A stretch of 64,000 bases of DNA from Blastocystis sp. Blastoise. Lineage: Eukaryota > Protista > Bigyra: Opalinata. The stretch covers positions 744,001 to 808,000 of the forward strand of contig JBBPEB010000013.1 of assembly GCA_039096225.1 (NCBI GenBank), read 5' to 3'. The stretch's first letter is position 1. Every line of letters starts with the position of its first letter. This document shows, piece by piece, positions 50,575 through 63,854 of this stretch. The notes below the pieces were generated by a model. The model had not been told where the DNA came from. It saw only the letters and a list, made by a program, of their open reading frames with translations, and made no database searches. Both the position numbers and the translations under genes were made by a program.

Positions 50575-53500
50575 TCCTTAATTTAGCAGCCCAAAAGTAC
50601 GGTGTCTCACACATTTTTCGTATTATTGACTTTGTTATTAACTTTTATAAAATAAAAATAACATCAAAAAATCCGGAACACAATTCTAAAAATGACTGTT
50701 AAAGAAATTTTTCGAAAACTCTAAGTTTCTGGCTAAAAAACGCAAAAAACCATTTTCGCACAAAATTTTAACCAAAATTATTGGATTATTTTTATTTTAT
50801 CCAATATTTTTCATTTTTATGAAAACACACATTTTTCGTTTTTCATTTTTTATTGTTTTCTTATTTTTCCTATATCTATTCACATACTTTATATTTATTT
50901 TTATAAAATTAACTTTTATTGACGGGTTGGTCTTATATATAGTTTTGACGGGTAGATTCGTTTATATTTATGACTTGACAACATATCAATACACACATTA
51001 CTAACTTTAAACTCTAAAACCATTTCATATGTAATGAATATGACCTCAACTACTCTGAAACAACAATAATTCCTTTAAATAACGACAAAAGACAAACTGA
51101 TATCCAACACATTCCTTTTATATAAACTTATTTGAGCTGTTTTATATTTATTTAACTCTATATCCATCATAAATGTGTTTTATATTTGTCATATACTTTT
51201 TAATAAAGAAGTATTAGCTTTTAAAATTTTTTCTTCTTTGATACCCAATTTTGTGATCTTGATATTTCTGTCAATATTCAAAATATAAAAAAAGTAAAAA
51301 CATATCTTGAAACTAGATAACATAAATATGATGCATTTTTAATATTTTATCTAAATATTCAATATTGACTAAAATATCTACGTTTATATTAAAAACATAA
51401 AAATGAAAATTTTCTAAAAAGGGTATATTTTGTGATTGTGATTTCTCAGTCAATATTTTATAAAATAATAAAGTTAAAACATATTTAGATATAAGACAAC
51501 CAAAACATGATGCGTTTTTGTCACTTTTTTAAATAATTAAAAAATGATGTTACAGGAGACAATAGTTGAACTCAATAAAAAAATAAGGTTCGAAATTTTT
51601 CTCAAAACTTTTTTATTTGTTTTTTGTCAATATTCTCATCAATAATAAATATTTTTGACATTTGACTTCATATTGAATCACTAAATACCAAAATAAACAT
51701 ATTTTACAATTTTATTTTGTTTTTAAAAGACTTTGACAACAGATCACCAGACAATGTTAACTCAATAAACTCTTAAAACGTTTCAATTCGTGTTTAGAAT
51801 CATATATGGACACTTTGTGTGACTTATTTGAAAATTTTAAGACAACATGTTGAACTGATACAGACAATGTTTGTTCTAAAAAGTTAGTTATGAGTCATTA
51901 TGAGTTGTAAATGTCATAAATAAGCTTTAAATAAATAAATATGTTTTTATAAGTCTTTAATTAGTGAAATAAATCGTTTAAAAAAAGAAAATGTTTTTGA
52001 TACTATAATTTATTTTGACAATTTCTCCATCAATATTAATTTTTAAAAAATAAATAAAACTTATTTATAAAATAGATAACCTATAGTTTTAATATTTATA
52101 AAAATTTTATCTAAATATATAATAACTTTTGAGATAAAAAATTATATATGCAAAACATAAAAAAATTAATTTTTGAAAAAAGGGTATACTTTATAACATT
52201 AATTTCTCAGTCAATATTTAATTATTTTAAATAATTTTAACAAATAAATATAGAGAATAAAACATATTAATAATATAAGTTTTAATATTTAAAATTAATT
52301 AAGAAATGAGTTTAGTAGAGTCAATAGTATAACATGTTAAAAAACTGAAAATTGAAAAATCATTTTTCTAAAAATTTTCCGAAAGTTGACAAATCAAATT
52401 CATATTTGACAATTAATTTTTATATATTTGAAAACTAGAGTATATGTGTATTGCATTTCTAAAAGAAATAGTCAAAAGTGGAGTTGAGGAGTGAATGACA
52501 AACTGGACATGTTGGCTCTAAAGTTGTTAAAAAGTAGTCAAATATGTCTTGAAGGATACATATAGTCTAATGTGTAAATATTACGTCTAAATATCAAATT
52601 TTAAGGTTAAAACAGTTTTGAATTGTGTGTTTACGTGCCTTAAAACAAGAGATTCAATTCACTGTTTGTAAAATTAATTATTAGAGTGTTTAATACTGTT
52701 ATTAGTCAAAACATTATTGGAAATAAACGTGGTTGTTTTTTTACCTATGTGTCAAAATGTGTATACTTTTGATTAATAAAGATTAAAACTACTAGGCTGT
52801 AGTTATAGCGTTTATTACATAAATGGTTTTGCTTATCTAATATTATAGATACCCCAAATATATATATATTTTTACAATTTATTATTTATTAAAAGTGATT
52901 CCATATATGAGAATCATAAGTGAATAACAAACTATTACCAGCAGTACTTTATAGCATATTTAATATCAATGACCATGTTTGAGTCAGTCTTAAAAATAAG
53001 AATGCATTCTATAACATGTGTCAACATCATGTTTGTTCAGTTTAGTAAACTACAATGGCTGTAAACGATTACTATGACGTAGGAAGTCCTTTTTATTTTA
53101 TGATACTGACAATTCTTTACTCATTTACGTGTTTTTATTTATCTACTATAGATAAAGCGATTCAAATAGAAAATAAGAGTAAATATAATGCTATTCTAAA
53201 TATATATACTTTAAAAAAGCAATACTTTTCAAAATCTGGCTAAATACGGTTTTAGTAATTATAACTAAATTTAGACTTCACCACAATCAGGATTTACACA
53301 CACTACATGCTTCCATTTGAAGCTATAAAGTTATTTGATATGATACAAACAAATTGGCGGATTTTGTTCATAATTTCTACTACTATGCCTTTATATTTGC
53401 TTCTGTTGACTTCATGAATCAAACCAGTGTTAGATTTATAAAATGGATATATTCTTTTTAAATATTTATTTAAGAAAAGACATTTTAAAACTGATCTTCC

Positions 53501-54453
53501 AGCTGAAAGTTTGTTTTTTGAAGGTCATCTACTAAAACAAAAACATGGGGAAAAAGATTTTTTTCACTCTATTATTTATTATTAACAAGAATATAAGAAC
53601 TATTATCTTATAAATAATATCTTCTGTCAAAGAAAAACATATATATTAATAAGCTATCATGACATTTGGCAAAGAGTATTCAAAGAAAAAGCAACACAAA
53701 GAAGATATGCAACAACGCAGATCTCAAAGCTGTATGTTTTTCTTATATATCTTACCATTCTGTCACATATTTTATTATATATATCAATATATTCATGTTT
53801 TATCTTTACATGTATATAGCTCAGCAAGAAATAGATGTATCTCAGGTTTCAACAACAACTGAAGGTATATTCTTATACTCCATTATTCTAAATATATAAT
53901 GTATCTTTAGAATCAGCAGAATCAGTTAATATTGATAAACAGAGGGACAATAAGAAGTCAGAAGATTTAGAGTCTCAAGACAATGCAGCTCAAAATCCAA
54001 CTGGGAGTGAAGCTAAACGTAACAATAGCAATATTGCAACAATTGCATCAGGTATATATATTTTATTTCTTTATTATAATTTTTTTAACAACACGAATGT
54101 TTTAAATATTTTTATTTTTTATATTATATAGTAATGGATTCAATGATTCTATCTATAAGTCAATCGTCAACTCAAGAAAACAGTCATGTTATAGAGAGTA
54201 TATATATATCATAATAATTATTAATATTGCATTCATTATTGTCAATTATAATTAACATTATTATTCATATAAAGATAATAACAATGTTTTATATATTATT
54301 TTTATTTTATTTATATATATATATATATTTTCAATATTTTATTTTATTATTATCTTTGTTATTACTTTATATATATAATTACTATTCTTATACTTATTAC
54401 TTAGAACAAATAAGTAAGACAACAGATGATTTAATGGCTACAAATAAAGATGG

Positions 54454-54523
<70 letters not shown>

Positions 54524-55556
54524 TATAGCAACAAATAAAGTAGAAAACGTGGGAATAGAAAGTATTTACCATTATTAATCATAAATATATCTAAACTATA
54601 TATAATAATAATATAATCATAATTTTTTAAATATTATATTAAATGAATACTGTATATATATATATATATATTTAGAAAAAAAAAGCAGACCAAAATAAAT
54701 TATTATCTTCTTCAAAAGAATCTATTGATGAATCGTCACTTATTCTTCCATTACCATTATCAAAAATGAAACATTATAAACCTATATCACTTCCTGATCT
54801 TTCACCTGTGCGAGAATGTATATATAATTTACTGTGATTACTTTCTTTTAGAAATTCTTACTATTTCATTAATTATCCGCTATTATAATATAAGTATAAT
54901 TTCAAATCTCGCTACTCTTATTATTATTTAGGTAATAAAAATAATTCTGTAAGTAAAAAGATTTCGGATTTGAATAAGCCTTCAAAAGATATTGGTATTA
55001 AATCAAAATCAAATAACAATGATTTATTAAATAACAAGAAATGTACCAATAGTACAGTTAGTATATAATTATTACTTATTTTTTATAATACTTATTTTTG
55101 TATAGGTGATAAAAATATTCAGGAAAATAAGGAGTTACTTGGCAATAATAAACCTTCAAATACTCCCAGTAGTATGTACAATAGAATATATGTTTATTAA
55201 TTCTCATATTATTATTTCTATTATTGTTACTAAAGTATTCTATTGTTATTTATTTTCATTATATCTACTATTGTTCCTATCATAATATTCTATTATTATA
55301 ATTTATTTCTTTATTAGTATTATTTCTCGATACATTATAAGCAAATATCTATTAATATAAAAATGATTACATTAAATATTTAACTCAATATATAACTATA
55401 TTATTATTCATTTATTATTTTTTTTTATTATATCTTATATTAATTATTTATTTTATATTCTAATACTGATATATCTATTACTGTAATATATAGGTATTAA
55501 AAATAAAAACAGCATTGTAGAAGCACCTAAAACCAATAACATTTCATCATTGAATA

Positions 55557-55607
<51 letters not shown>

Positions 55608-58600
55608 AAAAACAATTCATTTTAGATATACAAAAAAGTAATACGAATATGGTTTCTTCTCAAATATTAAATTCATCTCAACGTATACATTTTTATTTAT
55701 TTCTACTATTATTATATATTTATGTTTATGTGATAATTATTTTGTAATAATTATTCTTTATTTCTTAAATAGTATTATTACAATTTTTCTATATTATTAT
55801 TATATTTTTATTTATCAAAATATGTACAATTATTAGTATATTCAAATAAAAATAATCATCATGAAACATTTATATTTATATTATATTAATACTAATGAAT
55901 ATATTATTTCTTTTTTCTTTATACATTTATAGGTATTCATGATAAAAGTTATAATAATAGATATAAAGAAGATAAAACTCCTAGCGGTATTGATTCAAAT
56001 GAAAGGAATAAAGAAAAAATAAATAGTGATAAAGATTATTTAGGTATATTATTTAAATATATATATATAAGATAATATCTATAGTTCATTCTAAATTTAT
56101 AGATATAGATCAATCAGACTGTGGTAATTTTTATATTTGATAATAATTTTTATTACTTTTCTTATAAATATATAGATGAATATCCAGTTCTTCACAGTTT
56201 TTCTTCTGCTCCTCCTCTTGAATCATCTAAACAAATAGGTATGAATATATATATATATATATATATATTTTCTATATTGTAAATTTTATATTGAAATTAT
56301 TTTTTTATTTTTTTTATATGAATTATAGGTATAAATAATGACGATAAAAATGATAATCCAATTGAATTTAAAAAGATATTAAGTTTATCAGATTATGTCT
56401 CTTTTAAACAAAAAGAAAGGAAAGAAGCTATTGATGTAACTAATACTACTACTAATAATTCAAAAGATATATATAATTCTTCTAATATTACTTCTGCTTC
56501 TGATAATAAACTTAATGAAAATTCAGCGAAAGATGGATCGGCGGAAAAGAAAAATAAGAAACATAAAAAAGCAAAGAAACACAAATATGGAAATATATCA
56601 AACCAAAATTGTAATACTAATCTGAATACGAAGAATTTCTCAAAATATGGTGTTAGTATATCTAACAAAGGCTATAAAAATGCAACAAATAGAATAGAAT
56701 TCGATAGAAGTACTATGCTGAGCGTTAGTGGGATGCATTATTCTAAAGAAATACTTAATGATTTAATTCCACAAACTCTAGAAGTTTTATCGAAGGTTTT
56801 TGGCTTTACAAATTCAGGTAAGTAATAACATTAATTTCATATAGTAATATATATATATATAATGTTTCATGAATATGTTGGTTTATTATTATTATTTCTA
56901 TGACTATTATGACTATTATGACTATTATAATTATTTTTATGACTATTCTTATGGATATTTTTATGACTATTTTAATGATTATTTTTATGACTTTTTTCAT
57001 TATTATTTCCATGATTATTATGATTATGACTATTTGAATGATTATTTTAATGATGATTTTAATGATTATTTTTATGATTATATATTTCTTCAGATTCTCT
57101 TAATGAGAATAATCATGGGAATGTCACAAATGAAATAATACTTAGAAATCAAAGCTCTTTATTCAGTTTTAGATCAAATGATGATTCCACTTTGGAATCA
57201 AAGATCGATAATAATAAAACAATAAAAAGAACAGCAAGAAATGATATGAAAGCAAAACTTTTGAAAACATTTTTGGAGAATAGTGACTCTGATAGTATGT
57301 ACTAATTAAATATATATTTCATATTATAATTTTATTTATTTAATTGTTAATTAATTATTTTCTATATTTATTTTTATTAACCTTTTTTTTTTTGAATGTT
57401 TTCAAATTAAATGATTGTTTTTTAAATTAATGAATAAAATTTTAGTTTTTAAAACATTAAAAATATATTACAACATAAGAAATGTTTATATAATAATTTC
57501 CATAGTCAGTTTTTAACATGTTTTACTTTTTTTTTCTTTTATTAGGATTTTTCTTTCATTTAACAATATTTTTAGACTATTCAATAATATATATAGGTGA
57601 AAAAAATAAAAACAAAAAAATATCAATTAATGATACTGAAAAACATGTTTTATCGACACAGTTGTTCCCTGATTTAATGAGTAATAAAGAGATATTGCAA
57701 AGAAGTTTAACACATTATGAACCTAGCTTAACTAATAGAGATTCAAATGAATATAATAATAATAGAAATGATAAAAAATATTTTATAGTATCTAATCTCA
57801 ATAAAACAGATGACAATGAATGTATTTGTTCTGATTATCAATCGGTAATCGAAAACAATGATGACACTGAATTTAACAAAAATGTTACTGATAACTTTGA
57901 GTTCCAAATTAATAATGGTATACACGATTTAATTGATGATGACTTTCATGATGAAAAAAATGTTGAAGATTTAAATCAGGATAAAGAAACTATTAATAGT
58001 AACAACTCACAAAATAATACTTTTCCAACTTATAACAACATTATTGATTCCAATGACTTAAATTTGACAGTACATTTGGAAGATATAAATATCACAAACA
58101 ATAATATAATTGAAAATAGAGAAAAATCATCATCTGAATCAATAATCAATGACGAAGCACTTGCTTTATATAATAACATGGATATTATTGATATGAATAA
58201 TAGTATCTCTAGGAACTTAAATGACATAACGACATCTAATGTTAATGATCATTCTGAAGTAACTATTAATGATGAAAATATGATAGAAATGAATGACGTT
58301 GAAAATAGGATAATAATAGTACCTCATAGTGTAAATAACTTAATAGAATTGGATAATAATAATATAAACGAAGAAAATGTTGCTAACAGCATAAATTTAC
58401 TAAGTGAACAAAACGATGATTACATAATAAATAATCATGATATTAGTGATCAATTAACTAATGATGAGAATAATCAAAATCTATCAAGTAATTACAACTT
58501 TAATTATATTTTTTTGTTTTTATAACAGTTTTTTTTAATATAAATATATATTATATGTTTGATATAATTATGAATTATAAATAATAATATATAGATATAC

Positions 58601-61600
58601 TTCTAGACAATAACGATGAATTAAATAATTTAATTTTTACAAGAAGAGACATTTTGGCTTTTTCTCCAATAAGTATGAATAATAGTAATATATTGTTTTT
58701 AAATATGAATCTTGAAAAATATTAAACAATTCTTTTATATATAGGAAGCTCATATCAAATAATTGATGAAAATGATAATAAGTATGACTATTATGACTTG
58801 GGTAAAATGATATTTAAATGTTCATGTTGTAATGCTTTACATTTTGAACATGAAAGAAACAACTTTAAGTTTTCAACTAATTATGATACAACATTTTTTG
58901 AAGAACCATCAAATTCATATAATGATACAATAAATAATACAATAATATATACAAAAAGAAGAAGACAATGGACACTTGACACAGAAGGAAATATTATATT
59001 AAAGAATAGTCAATATAGTGGTTGTTGTCGTAGTGGAAAAGTACGTTTAGGTTCATTATCAGAGCCAGATATATCAATACAAAACTTATTGAATGATAAT
59101 ACAGATTCTTCAAAACAATTTAAGAAAGATATTCGTAGGTATAATAATTCAATAGCTTTTGCTTCTATGTCATGTACTGATACACAAACAAGATTAGATA
59201 ATAATGGAATATATTTCTATAAAGTACATGGAAATATATATCATTCTATGGCAGATTTATATCCTCCTGAAGGTATTACTCCTAATTATAATCAAATATA
59301 TATTTATGATCAAGAAGAAGCTTTTCAACTTCGATCAAATAATCAATATTATGATAATTTAAATACAGAAATAATGAGAGTATTACATAATTCATTATTA
59401 AATAATGAATTAATGAATGCTTTTAAGACATTACATGAAGAAGTAACTACTGCTACAAATAATAATAATAATCTTCATATATCACAAGTAGATGTTTCAT
59501 TAAAATTCAAAACATTACATTCAGATGATCAAAGAAGATATAATACTCCTTCTGCTTCTCATGAAATAGCACTTATAGTTCCTATTAATTCTATGGAAAC
59601 ATTTCCTCATACAGAATTTAGATGCTATCCAAGAATTCATCTTAATAATAATAATAATACAAATCATATGAATATGAATGAAGAAATAAGACAACATTTC
59701 ACAAGAATGAAATATGATAATCCATTTTGTGATCCTATGGTTTATCCTATATTTTATCCCACAGGAATTCCATTATTTATTCTTGCATCTAAAAGTGAGT
59801 TAAGAAGAAATCCTAATTATATTCCAAGAAGAAATAATAATATAGAAATACATTCTCAAATCAATTCAAATACAATAGAAAATACTAACATTCAAGTAGA
59901 ACAAATAGAAAGAGAATCAAATAGAAATAGTAGATATAATAATAGAAATCAATTATTAGATAATGAAGAAGATGAAATAGATAATGATGATAGAGAGTCT
60001 TCAAGACAAACTCATGATGATTTTTCAAAATCAATTACTTTATTAGCTAATTATCAACAATTTAATAATGAAGGATATCCTATAGATTTAATAGGAAATC
60101 CTGTATATGAGAAATCATCTTTTACTTTAAAAGATTTTTATTCTTTTCTTTGTTTTCCAAGATCATTTCCTAATAAGAATTATTTCTTATCAGGAGGAAA
60201 ATTATTCTTACAATATATTGTAGATGCTTATTCTAAAATAGAAGAACAACGATTATCATTTATAGAAATGAATCAATCAAAATTAAGAGCAGAATCTTAT
60301 AATGTGTTACGACAATATAATCAGAGAAGAAGAGAACAAGTAACAGATGAAGAAGTAACAAATGGAATAGGAAAACCTATTATATTAAATAGTGGTTTTG
60401 TAGGAGGACCTAGATATATGAAAGGAGCTTATTTAGATGCAATGACAATAGTAAGATATTATGGTAAACCAGATTATTTTATTACTTTTACATGTAATCC
60501 AAAATGGAAAGAAATAGTAGATAATTTATATCCTAATCAAGAAGCATGGGAAAGACCTGATTTAGTTTGTAGAGTATTTGCAATTAAATTGAAATATTTA
60601 TATCATTTATTAAAAGATGAGAATGTATTTGGTAAAGCACAAGCTATTACTTATACTGTTGAATTTCAAAAGAGAGGATTACCTCATGCTCATATCTTAT
60701 TGAATGTTGAACAACAAGATAAAATACATGATACTAATGAACTTGATTCTATTATATGTGCTTATCTTCCTGATGAAGAAAAGAATCCTAGATTATTTAA
60801 AATAGTAAGTACAATGAATATACATGGTCCTCATGTATCTAATTCTCCATGTTTAGATTCTCATGGAATATGTAAGAAAGGATTTCCTAAACCATTTCAA
60901 GAATGTACTACAATTCCTAATGATTCTTATCCTTTATATTTTAGACCAAATGATGGAAGAAAAGTAGTATTTCATCGTACTAATGGTGATTTAGAAGCTA
61001 CTAATGAATATGTTGTTCCATATAATCCATATTTATCACTCAAATTAGAAGCACATATTAATGTTGAAGCAGTTTATAGTTTACATACAGTAAAATATCT
61101 ATATAAATATACAACAAAAGGTCATGATTCAATGAGAGCTGAATTATCAGCTTCTTCAAATGAAACAAATAATAATGAAGTTAAACAATATTTAGATGCA
61201 AGATATATATCATCAACTGAAGCAGTTTGGAGAATATTAGGATTTCCTATAGTACAATCAAATATAGCTGTTCAAATATTATTGATTCATGATGAGAATG
61301 ATAAGAATATAGTATATACAGATGGTTCAGAAGAACAAGCAGAAGAAATACAAGGAAATAAATTATCTATGTTAGAAGCATATTTCAAAGCAAATGATGA
61401 TTTAAATAATCATTTATATGTTCCTACTTTAGAAGAACCAGAGTTTATGACATATGATATGTTTCCTCAATATTATACATGGTGTAAAGGAGAACATATA
61501 TGGAAACCAAGACAAAAGAATTCGAAGACACTTGGAAGAATACCTTATATAAATCCAACTAATAAAGAAGCATTTTGTTTAAAATTATTATTAACTCATG

Positions 61601-63854
61601 TAAATAGACCAACAAGTTTTGAATCATTAAGAATGTATGATGGAGAATTACCTTATCCAACTTATGAAGGAGTATGTATAGCAAGAGGATTATTAGATGA
61701 TACTAATGAATATAGACATATATTAGATGAAGTAATGCATGATTGTCATCCTTCTCAATTACGATTAGTATTTGCTTTATTATTTGTATATTATAATATT
61801 ACTGATAAAGCAATGGATTTATGGAATGAATTTAAATATGAAATGATTTCTGATATATATTATCAATATACAATAGATCATTTTACTATAAATGAACGTA
61901 TTAATCATTCTCTTTCAACTGATCCTGATATTATTGATCAAGATCCTATTGTAATCAATTATTGTTATCCAAGAGCTTTATATAATATCAAAACATTAAT
62001 AGAATCAAATGGAGGTAAATATACTAATATGCCTACTATTCAATATACTTCACATTTTAATCCTAATAGTGGTGTTTCTACATTAGAATTTTATGATTTT
62101 GATGTTGCACATAGAGAAGCAGAAAGAAATTATCAAATGTTAAATAGAGAACAAAAAGAAATATTTGATAGAATTATGGTATCTGTTAATAATACTCAAC
62201 CTCATAATAATAATATGTTCTTTATTGATGGTCCTGGTGGAACTGGAAAAACATTCTTATATAATACTTTGATCAAGATGATTCGTACAAGAGAAAAACC
62301 TGTATTAGCTGTTGCATTCACAGGAATAGCAGCTACTTTATTATCAGGAGGAAGTACTTCTCATTCTGTATTTGGATTACCACTTGATCTAAATGAAATG
62401 TCTATTTCACATATAACAAGAAGTAGTGCAAAAGCAAATGATTTAAGAAAATGTGCTATTATTATTTGGGATGAAGCACCTATGGCTTCTATTTATGCTT
62501 TAGAAGTTCTTGATAATTTATTACATGATTTATTTAGTTCAATAGATTCTGAAGATCCATGTCTTCAATATCCTTTTGTTGGTAAAACTATTGTTTTAGG
62601 TGGAGATTTTAGACAATGTTTACCAGTAGTTAAAAATGGAAATGAATCATCTACTGTTGGTGTATGTTTGAAAAGATTTAAATATTGGAATAATTTTATA
62701 CAATGTCATTTAGTTCAGAATATGAGAGCAGATAGAGATGCTTTAGATTTTAAAGAATGGTTAATGAAAGTAGGAAATGGTGAACGATTAAATAATGAAT
62801 CTGATTTGAATGATAATATTGTAGAAATACCTTCACAATGTATAAGTACAGAAAATTTATATAAAGAGATATGGGAGAATATACTTCATAATAGAAATAT
62901 TTTATCAGAACAACATAGAAAAGATTTATCTGAGAATTGTATTTTATGTTGTACGAATGAAGATACTTTTGATATAAATGAGAAAGTATTAGATTTAATA
63001 CCTTCTTCAGAATCAGAAAAAATATATTATAGTTTTGATACTTTAGAAGATGAAATAGTTAATGATTCTGAAAGAGCTGCTTATTCTCCTGAATTTCTTA
63101 ATACTCTTCTTCCTCAAGGATTTCCTCCTCATAAATTAAGATTAAGAAAAGGCTGTATTATTATGTTATTGAGAAATCTTAATATAAAGAAGGGTTTATG
63201 TAATGGAACAAGATTAGTTGTTCTTGAAACATTAAATAATGTTATTCGTGCTCAATTATTAAATAAGCCAGATAATTTATTACCTGGTGAAGATATTGTA
63301 TTTATTCCAAGAATCAGTTTAATTACTTCAGATGATTCACTTCCTACTAAGATGAGAAGAAAACAATTTCCTGTTCGATTAGCTTTTGCTATGACTATTA
63401 ATAAATCACAAGGTCAAACATTTAAAAATGTTGGATTATATTTAAAGAGACCTGTATTTAGTCATGGTCAATTATATGTTGCTTTTAGTAGAGTTCGTTC
63501 TTTTAATGGTTTACATATTTATGCTGAAAATTGTAATAACAATAATCAAGGACATCTTAGTAAAGACTATCCTAATAAGGTATTTACGACTAATTGCATT
63601 TTTGATGGAGTTTTAAATTAGTTATTGTTTTATTTGTTTTATTTGTTTTTTGATTTCTTTTATATTTGTTATTGTCTGTTAATATATTTGTTTTTATTTA
63701 TTATTTTTCTCTTTTCAATTTTTATTTGTTGTCTTAAAAGTTAAATATAGAATATTCTATTGTTTTGTTAAAACTTAAAAACCAAAAACTAAAAATAGAT
63801 ATTTTAAAATAAAACTCAAGCGTAGGCCTGCGTAGGCAGGCCGTGAAACGCTTG
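50575..63854 (+). mobile_element. Full-length, putatively autonomous Helitron (~13.3 kb)
   Basis: 5' A|TCCTTAATTTAG; intact RepHel gene; 3' CAAGCGTAGGCCTGCGTAGGCAGGCCGTGAAACGCTTG|T. Both termini are shared with the inverted copy at 40052-44502. Confidence 0.9.
53659..63621 (+). CDS. Helitron RepHel transposase (Zn-finger-like, HUH/Y2 Rep, PIF1-family helicase), predicted 19 exons, ~2,520 aa including a ~920-aa low-complexity N-terminal extension
   Basis: Last exon 58745-63621 carries CSCCNALHF...CCRSGKV, YFITFTCNPKW, VEFQKRGLPHAHILL, YLYKYTTKG, FIDGPGGTGKT, IIIWDEAPM, GGDFRQCLPV, FAMTINKSQGQT and HGQLYVAFSRV; the RepHel call itself is secure. Upstream GT-AG exons splice in frame from ATG 53659; that linkage is inferred and less certain. 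Confidence 0.85.

Noticed and set aside
57518-58525. Stand-alone 335-aa ORF with an apparent signal peptide
   Set aside because: The hydrophobic start lies in an intron; 57597-58487 is better explained as an internal exon of the RepHel gene.
58745-63621. Helentron/Helitron2 classification
   Set aside because: No C-terminal AP endonuclease and no subterminal inverted repeats linking the two ends; the 5' TC and A|T insertion fit Helitron1.
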